Below, one piece after another: positions 1-11,283 of a stretch of DNA of 64,000 nt. Position numbers and translations under genes: made by a program. The stretch is taken from NCBI GenBank assembly GCA_963782915.1, contig CAWALK010000001.1, forward strand, positions 128,001 through 192,000. Direction: 5' to 3'. This stretch comes from an uncultured archaeon. Lineage in GTDB: Archaea; Thermoproteota; Bathyarchaeia; Bathyarchaeales; Bathycorpusculaceae. The notes beneath the pieces were generated by a model that saw nothing but the letters and a program-made list of their open reading frames with translations, was not told the DNA's origin and searched no databases. Every line of letters starts with the position of its first letter. Positions within the stretch are counted from its first letter, which is position 1.

Positions 1-175
1 GCACTTGACATAAGTAATCATTTAATAGGTTGTTTTATTCTAATAGAATATCTGTCACCGAATTAAAGAGTTTTTTGAGTGTGACTTATATGGGAGAAGT
101 CCGATTAAAATGGGTTATAAGCCAAAATCGTATAACAAAATGTTTCCCAATTAGTAAAAGCAATGGTTTTGAAAT

Positions 176-889
176 ATGGCTGTAAGTCAAGAAAGTGTTT
201 CCAAAGTGCTTTCGGTCCTTTCACATCCCCTTAGACGGGATATATTATTGGACTTAAGCAATAATGGAGAGTCATCCTTCACTGATTTGCTAAATCTACT
301 CAAGGTAGATACTGGCAAACTCAGTTTCCACTTGCGTTCTCTCTCGCCCTTTATAGAGCAGACGCCAAGCGGCAAATACAAACTTAGTAGAGCAGGCGAA
401 AGCGCTGTACGCGTCATCCATGATGTTGAAGGCTGGGCAGAAGTCGCTGATGTACAGGGCAAAGCAAGCACATTACCGCTGTCTTCATTTAAAAAACGGA
501 GTTTTGCCTTCTTAATCGACTTTGCTTTAATCGTTGCTATAACCATGGCTATTACATTCATTCCGCAACTTCTATCCCTTAATTCACCCGGACAACTCGG
601 CAGCGAAATCAGCACAGTGCTCTTTATCACCATCGGCCTGCTTTGGCTCTACTCCACATTGCTGGAGGGCTTCAACGGTCAAAGCATAGGCAAACGCGTC
701 ATCGGCCTCAAAGTCGTCCGCACGGACGGAAAGAAAATGTCCTACGACCATGCAGCTGTGCGCAACTTCGGCAAAGTCTTGCCCCTGTTGCCCTTTGATT
801 TGCTGTTAGGTTGGCGCATAAAAAGCCAAGCTTTCATGCGTTACTTCGACAAGTTCGCGGGCACAACTGTTATTGACCTGCGCTCTTAA
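176..889 (+). CDS. ArsR-like winged-helix domain fused to RDD-family membrane domain
   Basis: N-terminal LSHPLRRDIL...SFTDL...GKLSFHLRSL wHTH; C-terminal RDD motifs (KRSFAFLID, GQSIGKRVIGLKVV, DKFAGTTV). Confidence 0.85.
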   Translation: MAVSQESVSKVLSVLSHPLRRDILLDLSNNGESSFTDLLNLLKVDTGKLSFHLRSLSPFIEQTPSGKYKLSRAGESAVRVIHDVEGWAEVADVQGKASTLPLSSFKKRSFAFLIDFALIVAITMAITFIPQLLSLNSPGQLGSEISTVLFITIGLLWLYSTLLEGFNGQSIGKRVIGLKVVRTDGKKMSYDHAAVRNFGKVLPLLPFDLLLGWRIKSQAFMRYFDKFAGTTVIDLRS

Positions 890-963
890 TTCCCCTTTTC
901 AACCAATTTTTTGATGTAAAATCTTATTTGCCCCCTCAGCATAGCCTTGTAGGTGGAGATTGT

Positions 964-1428
964 ATGAGCGATAAGGAACTCAGGGTCAACAAAATCAAAG
1001 ATGGCACAGTAATCGATCACATTCGCGGCGGCTACGCACTCGATGTCGTAAACATTTTAGGCATAACTGGCAAAGAGAAACGAGTCATGACCATAGCGAT
1101 TAACGTGCCAAGCAAACACCTTGGCGTTAAAGATATCGTAAAAATCGAAGGCAAAGCCCTAAACGCCGAAGAAGTAAACCGCATCGCCCTGGTCGCTCCG
1201 CGTGCGTCAATCAACATCATTAAAGATTACTTGGTAGTTGAGAAACTCGAAGTAAAACTGCCCCAAACCATCGAAGGCATAATAAAATGCGGCAACCCCT
1301 GCTGCGTAAGCAACAACGGCGAACCCATCTCTTCCAAATTCCATGTGAAAAACGAAGAGCCGCTTGTGCTAAAATGCCACTACTGCGGCGTCACCCTCGA
1401 ACAAACCGATGTCTTAGCTCAACTCTAA
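964..1428 (+). CDS. pyrI: Aspartate carbamoyltransferase regulatory chain
   Basis: LRVNKIKDGTVIDHI, KDIVKIEG, CGNPCCVSN and CHYCG zinc ligands; ATG at 964 after GGTGGAG. Confidence 0.95.
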   Translation: MSDKELRVNKIKDGTVIDHIRGGYALDVVNILGITGKEKRVMTIAINVPSKHLGVKDIVKIEGKALNAEEVNRIALVAPRASINIIKDYLVVEKLEVKLPQTIEGIIKCGNPCCVSNNGEPISSKFHVKNEEPLVLKCHYCGVTLEQTDVLAQL

Positions 1429-1851
1429 GGCAACCGCTGCTCCGCCAGCGCATAGAGAGCCTCAAAATCTTTTTTACTCAACTGTTTGCCCTGATTAATC
1501 ATTGGGCACTCCAGCGTGTAACTGAAAACATGCGTATCCTTGTCCTGGTCGAATTTTAATTCGAAAGGGTAGTATCTGCAAATCAGCGGCCGCAACTCAT
1601 AGTTGGTGCATTTGTTGTCTTTTAAAAAGAAGCAGTCGCCTTCGGGCTTCTTCATTTCATAGATGTACGGTTGGGTTCCGTTGGATTCGTTGGCGAAATC
1701 TTCAATGGGTAATCCTGTTTGGGCTGAAATCTCTTCAGCTTCGCTCTCCAGCAGCAAAATATGCCGTCGCCTTTTGTGGTCTGTGTCGCCGCAGCATAAG
1801 CCACAGCAGTTGCATTCGAAGCAGACGTTAGTCTGGGTAGGTGAAGTCCAC
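1425..1851 (-). CDS. YkgJ-family Cys-cluster (Zn/Fe-chelating) protein; probable indel near the start
   Basis: FECNCCGLCC, CFFL...CTNYELRPLICRYYPF; probable GTG start at 1851 (MDFTYP) is one base out of frame. Confidence 0.8.
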
Positions 1852-1897
1852 TTTTCCTCACACCACACTTGGCGAATAGGGATAAAAATGTAGTGCG

Positions 1898-2423
1898 CTA
1901 GCGGTCTTTTTTCGGGGGCGCCACACCATTATCATGCTTATATTTCCCCTCATAGCCCGTAACCAAAGGCGTTTTTAGCTCTGCAAATACCAAATGCAGA
2001 AAACCGTGTTTTTACGGGAATTTTGATTGGGAAGGGGCCGCCTGATATTTGGATGGTAAGGTTGCCTTCAAACCCCGCATCAACAACGGTCGGAGGAATA
2101 GAGGCGCCGGCCCTTGAGAATGTGCTTCGGAGCTGACAGAAAGCCATCAAATCATTGCCTAACTTCACTTTCTCCAAAGTGGCAACCAGTACCTTCTCGT
2201 ACTTACCCAAAACAAAAGAGTCCGCGGCTTTTTCCTTAAAATAGAGCCCCTCATTATTCGGCGACTGTATATCCAGCACTTTATCGGTGGGTTGTAAACG
2301 CACTATTTCCTCAGAGAAACGTAGGTCTACGCCGTTTTCCCTTATTGTATCCTCACTTAATGGGTTAATTGTCAGCGATCCCTGCTCGATAGCTTTCTTC
2401 AAATCCAACGCAGACAGTATCAA
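1898..2423 (-). CDS. dcd: dCTP deaminase (frameshifted near 2000)
   Basis: MILS, RENGVDLR, LRSTFSRAG, VVDAGFEGNLT; removing one T restores the C-terminus RFLHLVFAELKTP...YEGKYKHDNGV. Confidence 0.9.
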
Positions 2424-2520
2424 TTTGCCTCACGGAACCTATCGATAAGTAGTAACAATCACTTATCAAAATTACTAAAGGACAACTCTTTCTGAAATAA
2501 GTGAGGGCATCTCATTGCGG

Positions 2521-2807
2521 CTTTATATAAGGGAGGGGGTAGGTGCTCTGAGGTAGGTAGTAGGCAGCTCTGTTTGTTTTTGCGTCCTTTTTATAGGGGA
2601 TAGGGGAGAAGTCGGCAAAGCAACAAACTTATTCCACCTTAACCTGACCTGCTTGCTGAAAACGTCCCAACCAACCAGCAACCAACCCCAAAGGCAGACA
2701 CCAAAAAGCAGCCGTTAGCCAAGCCCAATGGTAGTTGTTGTGTGTAGAGGTTTTTGCGGTAATAGCAACTGTAGAAAGATAAGCACTCACCCAAATTTTG
2801 ATCTACC
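2521..2807 (+). repeat. Dispersed intergenic repeat, composite copy (modules A-C-B)
   Basis: 2521-2560 is 40/40 identical to the reverse complement of 58663-58702; CAACCAACCAGCAACC and GTTGTTGTGT..AG modules are shared with the copies at 41.7 kb and 58.5 kb. Confidence 0.85.
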
Positions 2808-3011
2808 ATTAAGGGCGGGGTCCTTGCAGAGAAACTGTTCGGGTGTTATCTTTTTAGAAGCTAAAGTTAACGCTACAACAATTTAGGTATTTTCCATTAG
2901 AATTCTGGATTCAGAACTCTTAAGAATAAACTACCCAATAATTGGCTCAAGAAAGTATTCGTTAGGTTCACTAGCTATCTGGCGAGTAAGGTGTATACAT
3001 AGAAAAGTAGG

Positions 3012-5335
3012 ATGCAAAAAGCGTTGAAGAAGGCAGTACCGTTAACACTGGTTATTCTCTTAACAGTTGCACTTTTCACGTTTGCCCAGTGTACCTTCTC
3101 TGAAACAACAGGTACCCCAACAAACCTTAACATCTACACCGGCACCCCAACTATTCTTGCAGACAACAACAGTTACCAATACATCTTTGTCCAACTGCAA
3201 AATTCCAGCGCAAAACCAACCCGCGCCCCCGAAGACATAACAGTTGACCTCTCATCTTCACTAACCTCTATCGGTTCAGTAGAGTCACCGATCACCATAA
3301 AAAAAGGCGAATCTTTAGCAGCCGCATATTTCACCTCTACATTTACGCCCGGAACAACAGCCATATCGGCTTCAGCAACAGGATACCCCACTGTTATGGC
3401 TAATGTAACAACCGTTGGGCCCCTGCCTTCAGCATTAGGCGTCTATGGAATACCTTCCACGTTACCCTCAGATGGCGAATCATATGAGGCAATAATGGTT
3501 CAACTACAAGATTCAAGCGGTATTCCAGCAAGAGCCCCCCAAGGAGGCGTTAATGTGGCGTTAACATCTTCTGACACAACAGTAGGCAACGTGAGCTCAA
3601 CAGTCTCAATTAAGTTAGGGGAAACCTATGCATTGGCCAACTTCACAACTACAACAAAAGCACAAACAGAAGCAAAAATCCAAAACACAACTATAACAGC
3701 AGTATCTCAAGGATACACACCCGGCCAAGTAACGATAACAACAACACCCATCGCTTCAAACCCAACAAAACTGAAAATATTCTCGGGTCCACTCCAAACT
3801 CCAGCCGACGCAGGCTCCTATGAACAAATTGCTCTACAACTGCAAAATGCTTCAGGTTACGCAGCAAAAAAGAATTCGAATACTCCCGTGAATTTAGCCT
3901 CAAACGATGATAGCGTTTGCAGAATCCAAGAAGTCACTATACTACCCCAGAAAACCTACGCAAAAACCAATCTCACTACAACCTATAAAGCGGGATCAGC
4001 AAACATAACCGCCGTAGCTAACGATTTCCCCCTAACCACTCAATTGATAAAAACCTCAGGGTTTGTTCCCTCCAAATTAGCGGTTTACTGCTTCCCAACT
4101 TTACCTTCAGACGGTGCAACATACAAAACAGTACATGTGCAACTGCAGAATGCACAGGGGCAACCCGCAAGAGCCATCCGAAACCAACGTTAAGGTTAAC
4201 CTATTTTCATCCCAATCGACCCTTGGATCAATAAGCGCTACAGTAACAATACCGTCTGGGCAAACACAAGCAACAGCAAACTTTACAACAACATACCAGC
4301 CAGGCACTACTACGATAACCGCGCAAGCATCAGGTTACACTACCGGACAAACAACACTGTCTTCCTGTATTATCGATCGCTACCAAATTCTTACCGACGT
4401 GTTGGGTAATGGCACGATTAGTCCAAGCGGAAGTGTTGGTTAATATTGGCAGCAACCAAACCTTCAATATGGCAGCGAAAAACGGCTACCACATCGCTGA
4501 CGTGCTCGTGGACGATGTTTCCCAAGGACCCGTTTCATCTTATACGCTAACAAATACCCTGAGTACCCACACGATAGTTGCCCAATTCTCGATCAATACC
4601 TACAGCATAACAGTATCCCAGACAGGTAATGGATCAATTACTCCGGGAACGTGCGCCGTCAGTCATGGCGAATCCCCCGAATTTACTATCACACCCAACA
4701 CTGGCTATTCAATCTCAAAAATCATGGCAAATGGCCAATCAGTTACCGTAAATTCATCTTCCAATCAAAAATACCGATTTAGCCCCATAACCTCTAATGC
4801 CTCACTAACTGCCCTTTTTGAGCCAAACAAATACACAGTCGAAGTAATCCAGGCCACCAATGGTGCTATTAGCCCAGGAACAACCGTTCTCAATTACAAT
4901 GAAAACCAAACATTCACTATAACACCAAAGACGGGCTACCATATAGTGGATGTTCTTGTTAACGGAACATCCGTAGGCGCCGTTAGCTCCTACACACTTG
5001 GAAATATTAATGCATCATCTACCATAAAGGCCATCTACCAAGCTAACCCAGCCGCAACTCCCTCGCCATCCTCAACTCCGACATCATCACCAACAGCAAC
5101 CCCAACAGCCGCACCATCTAAAACACCCACACCAACCCCAACAGAATCCTCATCTCCAGACATTTCCCCATCCCCTGACCCCGAGACGGCTGAAGTATCC
5201 TCGGATTTCTTTGCATCAATACCAATGAGTGTCCGTTATGCATTGGCAGCTGCTTTAGCCATAGTCAGTGCTGCAATGGCTTTTATCATTAAGAAGAAAA
5301 CTGCTGGCGATAAATTGTTCGAGATGCCCGCATAG
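3012..5335 (+). CDS. Large cell-surface protein (signal peptide, repeated Ig-like units, divergent InlB-B-like repeats, PTS-rich linker, C-terminal TM anchor); split by 2 frameshifts
   Basis: ORFs 3012-4193, 4114-4443 and 4409-5335 continue the same repeats (VQLQNxxGxPARAP; GTISPxG...FTITPxTGYHIxDVLV); C-terminal TM plus KKK. Confidence 0.8.
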
Positions 5336-5654
5336 CAAATCTTCGACCTTCTTACCCAATATAATCACTATTCTGTTTGAGTCCCCCTCGGATGTCCATA
5401 CAGAAACTTTTAATGCAGAGGGCTCCTTTGAGGAACATCAAACCCAAGGCGGCTAGCGCATACGCTTCCATATACGGCTTTATATAAGGGGCCTATAGAA
5501 AAAAATCGCATCTAACTCTCCCTAAACTGCAATGCCAAGCCCAACTGACGCCCGACAACACAAAAAACGGAAAAGAACCAAACACAAATCTACATACAAA
5601 CGCTACACCTCTGGCAAAGGTTTATTTCATTGCATCACGTTTTGATGTGAAATT

Positions 5655-5706
5655 GCAGACGGACAACCCTGTCCGATGGGATGTGGCCGAAAGGCTGAAC
5701 CACAAG
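5655..5706 (+). promoter_or_regulatory. Structured 5' leader of rpl15e (candidate ribosomal-protein leader)
   Basis: Hairpins CGGAC-AACCCT-GTCCG and GGCC-GAAA-GGCT flanked by GGGATGT/CTGA K-turn-like boxes; TTTATTT TATA-like box at 5621. Confidence 0.5.
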
Positions 5707-5735
5707 CAGAAAAACACAAAAAGAACGTGAAAAAC

Positions 5736-6350
5736 ATGGCATACAAATACATCGCCGAAGAATGGGCAAAGCCAGAAAAAAGCTTCGTCGAAGAACTCAT
5801 GCGTCAACGCCTAGTACAATGGCGTAAACAACCATCAACATTGCGCATTGAGAATCCAACAAGACTCGACAAAGCAAGAGGTCTAGGCTATAAAGCCAAA
5901 CAAGGCTTCGTAATGGCAAGAACCAAAGTCCGCAGAGGTGGACTTAGAAAAATTCGGCCAAAATCAGGCAGACGCCCCAAACGTATGGGTGTCGCTAAAT
6001 TCAAACCCGCAAAAAGCCTCCGCTTAATCGCGGAAGAAAGAACCGCAAAACACTTCCCGAACCTAGAAGTACTCAACAGCTACTGGGTAGGCGAAGACGG
6101 CAAACACAAATGGTTCGAAGTTATCCTCGTAGATCCATTCGCACCAACCATCCAAACAGACAAAGACATCGGTTGGATAACTGAGAAACAGCACACAAGC
6201 CGTGTCTTCCGCAGCATGACAAGCGCAGGCAAAAAGGTTAGAGGCTTACATCATAAGGGTATAGGCTCAGAAAAAGCACGTCCAAGTCACCGTAGAGGCG
6301 CAAAGAAACACAACGGCGTAAAACTGCAACGCAAAGGAGACGGAATATAG
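5736..6350 (+). CDS. rpl15e: 50S ribosomal protein L15e
   Basis: [49 protein letters not shown]. Confidence 0.97.
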   Translation: MAYKYIAEEWAKPEKSFVEELMRQRLVQWRKQPSTLRIENPTRLDKARGLGYKAKQGFVMARTKVRRGGLRKIRPKSGRRPKRMGVAKFKPAKSLRLIAEERTAKHFPNLEVLNSYWVGEDGKHKWFEVILVDPFAPTIQTDKDIGWITEKQHTSRVFRSMTSAGKKVRGLHHKGIGSEKARPSHRRGAKKHNGVKLQRKGDGI

Positions 6351-6554
6351 ATGCACCACATAAAACCAGTCATCACTAAACAAAACGGCAAACACAAAAC
6401 AGGCAAAGGCTTCAGTCCAGACGAACTAAAAGCAGCAGGCATCAGCAAGCAACAAGCATGGCAAGCAGGCTTACCAGTTGATATGCGCCGCAAAAGTAGC
6501 CACGACGAAAACGTAGCTGCAATTAAAGCGCACACCAAACAAACAGAAGCCTAA
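6351..6554 (+). CDS. rpl13e: 50S ribosomal protein L13e (short archaeal form)
   Basis: GKGFSPDELKAAGI...GLPVDMRRKSSHDENV. Confidence 0.85.
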   Translation: MHHIKPVITKQNGKHKTGKGFSPDELKAAGISKQQAWQAGLPVDMRRKSSHDENVAAIKAHTKQTEA

Positions 6555-6748
6555 ACCTTCCTTATTTACACTCGATTTTTCGAGTGTTTCAAATTTTATT
6601 TTATCTTTTCTAAATCTTATTTCTTTCTTTTAACCTCAAAATCAGTTGATAAGAAACAAAGCTAATGCTAACACCTAAAGTTGACTACACAAAACAAAAC
6701 TTCTAAATTGCGGTACATAGAATAAACACACCAGAACGAGGGAAGTTT

Positions 6749-7207
6749 ATGCAGAAAAACCTTGACCTAACCAAAGCAATCGGATACATCGACATACGCG
6801 TTTTTGCGCACGCAACCGATAACACAGCTAAAGTCGAAGCGGCAACAAAAAACCTGTTTCCCGAAAGCCTCACAGAATCCCTAATCTTTGCACAAACAAC
6901 CCTCTCGGGGCATCATTCAAACCCCATCATCATGCTTACGGCTAAACTAACAGACCGCAAACTACTCCCATCTGCACTCGAAAAACTTGGCGCTGGCTTA
7001 AGCGCACTCGATAAGGAGCAGCTAAACGAAGAAATCAAGCTCCATCTTGAAAAAGGCAACTTGTATTTGCGCTTTGACAAACAAGCCGCCTACTTGGGGC
7101 AAGCCAAATTTACGCAAAATGACCCTATTCATGTTAAAGTTCATTTTAAGGACAAAACCGCAGATGAAGTTATCGAGTTGGCTAAGCAGTTTGGGTTGCT
7201 GCCATGA
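6749..7207 (+). CDS. Predicted RNA-binding protein of the exosome/RNase P superoperon (COG1325-like)
   Basis: VFAHATD, GHHSNPI, LYLRFDKQAAY; upstream of rnp3 and rnp2. Confidence 0.85.
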   Translation: MQKNLDLTKAIGYIDIRVFAHATDNTAKVEAATKNLFPESLTESLIFAQTTLSGHHSNPIIMLTAKLTDRKLLPSALEKLGAGLSALDKEQLNEEIKLHLEKGNLYLRFDKQAAYLGQAKFTQNDPIHVKVHFKDKTADEVIELAKQFGLLP

Positions 7208-7938
7208 AACGTGCCTTTGCCGATTTGCACCTAAGAGTTAACCCTAAAGATACCCAGGCAACTGGGCGCTCAATAGAGCGTGCAGCAAAATTTGGTTATA
7301 GCCGCATCAGCATCCCATTTAGCAATCAACTCGAAGACGCCCAAATCTCAGCGCTAAAAACCGCTTGCAGCCAAGCAGGCTTAGATTTTGTGGTCCGAGC
7401 GGATTTTAAACCACGCAACCAAGAGGACCTCATGCGTTTCCTACGCAAATTTCGCCGCAAAGTAGAGGTTATCTGCATTGTCTGTGACGAAAAAGAAATC
7501 GCCCGAAGCGCAGCCAAAGACCGCAGAGTTGATTTAATTAATTTTCCAAGCTTGGATTATCATAAGCGCTTCTTTGATAGGGCTGAAGCAGAATTAGCCA
7601 GCTGCAGCCAAACCGCCCTTGAAGTTGACGTGAAATCTCTTCTGATATTGGAGGGTCCACCGCGTGTTCGGCTGTTGTCTAGTTTGCGGCGTGAAGTTGC
7701 GCTTGCTAAGGAATTTCATGTTCCCATTGTGGTTTCGAGCGGTGTTGGCGAGGAGCATTTGATGCGTATGCCAAGGGATCTTGCAAGTCTGGGGTACCTA
7801 TTTGGTTTGGGCGAGATGGAAGCGCTAGATGCAGTTTCTATTAATGCAAATAGCATTGTTGATCGTAACCGAGAAAAGTTAAGTTCCAAATTTGTTGCGC
7901 CTGGCATTAGCTTACTCAAGGAGGGTAATGCCGATTGA
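7204..7938 (+). CDS. rnp3: RNase P protein subunit Rpp30
   Basis: FADLHL, ARSAAKDRRVDLI, VPIVVSSG...MRMPRDL; gene context. Confidence 0.88.
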   Translation: MKRAFADLHLRVNPKDTQATGRSIERAAKFGYSRISIPFSNQLEDAQISALKTACSQAGLDFVVRADFKPRNQEDLMRFLRKFRRKVEVICIVCDEKEIARSAAKDRRVDLINFPSLDYHKRFFDRAEAELASCSQTALEVDVKSLLILEGPPRVRLLSSLRREVALAKEFHVPIVVSSGVGEEHLMRMPRDLASLGYLFGLGEMEALDAVSINANSIVDRNREKLSSKFVAPGISLLKEGNAD

Positions 7939-8246
7939 AGCGTGTTAAACGCCGATATTTAGCGCTGCAACTTGAACGCGACGGCTTGCCAAGTGAACGC
8001 GAGTTTATGGATGCTATATGGGCTTCCACAACAAAGTTGTACGGTGAGGTTGGGGCAAGCTTGACTGGTTTGGCGTTGATTAATTTTGATGGTGAGCGCA
8101 AGATTTTTGTGGTTAGGTGTAACCTTGCTGTTTTGCCTTCGGTGAGGGCTTCTGTGGCTTCGGTTACAGTTGTTGCTGGGGTGCAGGCGTCTGTTCATGT
8201 TTTAGCTGTTTCCGGTACGCTTAAGGCGCTGTATTCCAACATTTAG
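7935..8246 (+). CDS. rnp2: RNase P protein subunit Pop5/Rpp14
   Basis: KRRYL, LYGEVG, VVRC, VSGTLKAL. Confidence 0.88.
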   Translation: MKRVKRRYLALQLERDGLPSEREFMDAIWASTTKLYGEVGASLTGLALINFDGERKIFVVRCNLAVLPSVRASVASVTVVAGVQASVHVLAVSGTLKALYSNI

Positions 8247-8426
8247 ATTATTGTTATGTAAAGTTTTTCTTTACATTGTGACAAGACAAGCAGAAGTTAA
8301 GTCACGTATTCCCTTGAACAATCTTACATAATGTCTGCAGAAACGTTTATCAATTGCAGATAAGCGTTAATTAGCGTTACAAAAAGCGTAGCATAAAACG
8401 TAAAACAAGACCGAGAAGAGCAAAAA

Positions 8427-9656
8427 ATGGACATAAAAGACTTCTTCTTCAAAATGCAACCACTAAAAACCGAAGCAATAATCGACGATACAACACTTCG
8501 GGACGGCATCCAAATGCCCGGCTTAGCCGCAAGCCCAAAAGACGCCGCAAAAATCGCCCAATTACTAACCCAAATAGGCGCAGAAAGAATCGAAGTGTTC
8601 CACTATCAGGAACCCGACAAAAAAGCCGCCAAAATGATCATGGATCAAAACCTCGATGTACGAGTTGCCGGTTGGTGCCGCGCAGTCAAAGAAGACATCG
8701 ACAGCGCAGTAAAATGCGGCTTCAAAGAAGTAGGCATCTCACATCCAGTATCAGACATTCACTTTAAAGCTAAATGGCCAGAAAAAACACGAGACCAAAT
8801 CCTCGCCAACATAGTTGACGTTACAGAGTACGCAGCAAAAACCTGCGGCCTTAGAACCTTTATGCACGGCGAAGACAGCACACGTGCAGACTGGGACTTC
8901 GAGCGAAAATTAATCAACGCAGTAGCCGATGCAGGCGCAGAATGTTACCGTATCTGCGACACTGTAGGCATTGGGCTCTCAGACCCAGAAGCACCCTTGC
9001 CAAATGGTATCCCCGCAAAAGTGCTAGCCATCAAAAAAGAAACCCGCATGAAAGCCATAGAAATCCATGCACACGACGACTTCGGAAACGCAGTCGAAAA
9101 CACCATGGCAGGCATCAAAGCAGCTTCAGGCGTATGGGACAAAGTCTATGCATCTACAAGCTATCTTGGCATCGGTGAACGTGCAGGCAACGCAGAAACA
9201 GAAAAAGTCCTACTCAACCTATACTTGCACTATGGCGTCATGAAATTCGAGGGCAAAACTGAGAAACTCAAGGAAGTTGCAGATTACATCGGCAAAGCCA
9301 CAGGCTACACAGTTCCACCCAACAAAGCAATCGTTGGCGACTACGGGTTTGCCCATGAATCAGGCATACACACCCACGGAGTCCTCAACGACCCCTGGAC
9401 CTATGAGCCATATCCACCGGAACTAGTCGGCAACCAAAGACGCTTAACCATCGGCAAACAATCCGGCAAAGGCATCATTAAACACAAAATCACTGAACTC
9501 TCAGGCAGCGAACCAGACGACGATACAGTAGCCGGCGTAGTTGAAGTGGTCAAGGGCATCTATGCCAACGGACGCAGAGCATCGCTCAAAGAGGATGAAT
9601 TCAAAAAGGTTCTTCGGAGCCTAAAAATCATCCCCGAAAGCAACGGCTGCCACTAA
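8427..9656 (+). CDS. DRE-TIM metallolyase (LeuA/homocitrate synthase family), probably Re-citrate synthase-like
   Basis: DTTLRDG, HAHDDFG, GIGERAGN, AHESGIH; no C-terminal regulatory domain. Confidence 0.85.
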   Translation: MDIKDFFFKMQPLKTEAIIDDTTLRDGIQMPGLAASPKDAAKIAQLLTQIGAERIEVFHYQEPDKKAAKMIMDQNLDVRVAGWCRAVKEDIDSAVKCGFKEVGISHPVSDIHFKAKWPEKTRDQILANIVDVTEYAAKTCGLRTFMHGEDSTRADWDFERKLINAVADAGAECYRICDTVGIGLSDPEAPLPNGIPAKVLAIKKETRMKAIEIHAHDDFGNAVENTMAGIKAASGVWDKVYASTSYLGIGERAGNAETEKVLLNLYLHYGVMKFEGKTEKLKEVADYIGKATGYTVPPNKAIVGDYGFAHESGIHTHGVLNDPWTYEPYPPELVGNQRRLTIGKQSGKGIIKHKITELSGSEPDDDTVAGVVEVVKGIYANGRRASLKEDEFKKVLRSLKIIPESNGCH

Positions 9657-9777
9657 ACAGCAAAAGAAAAACCCTAATCCATTTTCTTTTGGGTTGAGGG
9701 TAACTTGATTTTTTCTTTTATCTTAAATTTTTGTTTTAGGCAACTTTACCCAAATTTACGTAATCTAAACAAAGCTC

Positions 9778-9830
9778 GTTGTTGTTGCTCTCTGCAGCCT
9801 ACCCCCCTCTATTTATAGTGTAAACAAACG
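9778..9830 (-). repeat. Degenerate copy of the intergenic repeat (module A variant)
   Basis: Minus strand CTATAAATAGAGGGGGGTAGG...GAGCAACAAC resembles 38356-38395; a second degenerate copy lies at 9965-9994. Confidence 0.65.
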
Positions 9831-10169
9831 CTGAGTCAATCACCATGGGGCAGTCAGCATTCATTGGAAAAATGCGGCGCCTTCAAGGCAAATGTTAGCT
9901 GATATGAGGTATTTTCTATGCATTTATACCACCTTTGATTTAGGGGCTACGTTGAGGACGACGCACCTCTCAGAGGTACCTCCCCTCCCCTATGCTGAGC
10001 GGCGAATCAGGGCGTTTTGGTTGGTTGTGGGTTTGTATCCCCGTCCATGGCATTTCCGGTCCAAGCATTTGAAAAGTATTTACATTTAAAATAAAACAAA
10101 CGTGCAGTTATATTGCAGAAATGCTTTTCATTCAGCCACAATAAGTTAAATGTATTGGAAGGATGCAAA

Positions 10170-10298
10170 ATGGTTAAAAAAGAAGTTTGTGATTCATGCC
10201 AAGAAAATAAAGCCGAATACGCCTTAGACGAAAGAAACCTATGTTGCGACTGCTACAAACGCGAAGTCAAAGAAGAACCAATCATAGTCATAGCTTAG
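10170..10298 (+). CDS. Small zinc-finger protein (42 aa)
   Basis: MVKKEVCDSC...LCCDCY; GGAAGGA upstream. Confidence 0.6.
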   Translation: MVKKEVCDSCQENKAEYALDERNLCCDCYKREVKEEPIIVIA

Positions 10299-10320
10299 CC
10301 TTTGGCATACAAAGTGTTAA

Positions 10321-11280
<960 letters not shown>

Positions 11281-11283
11281 TTC

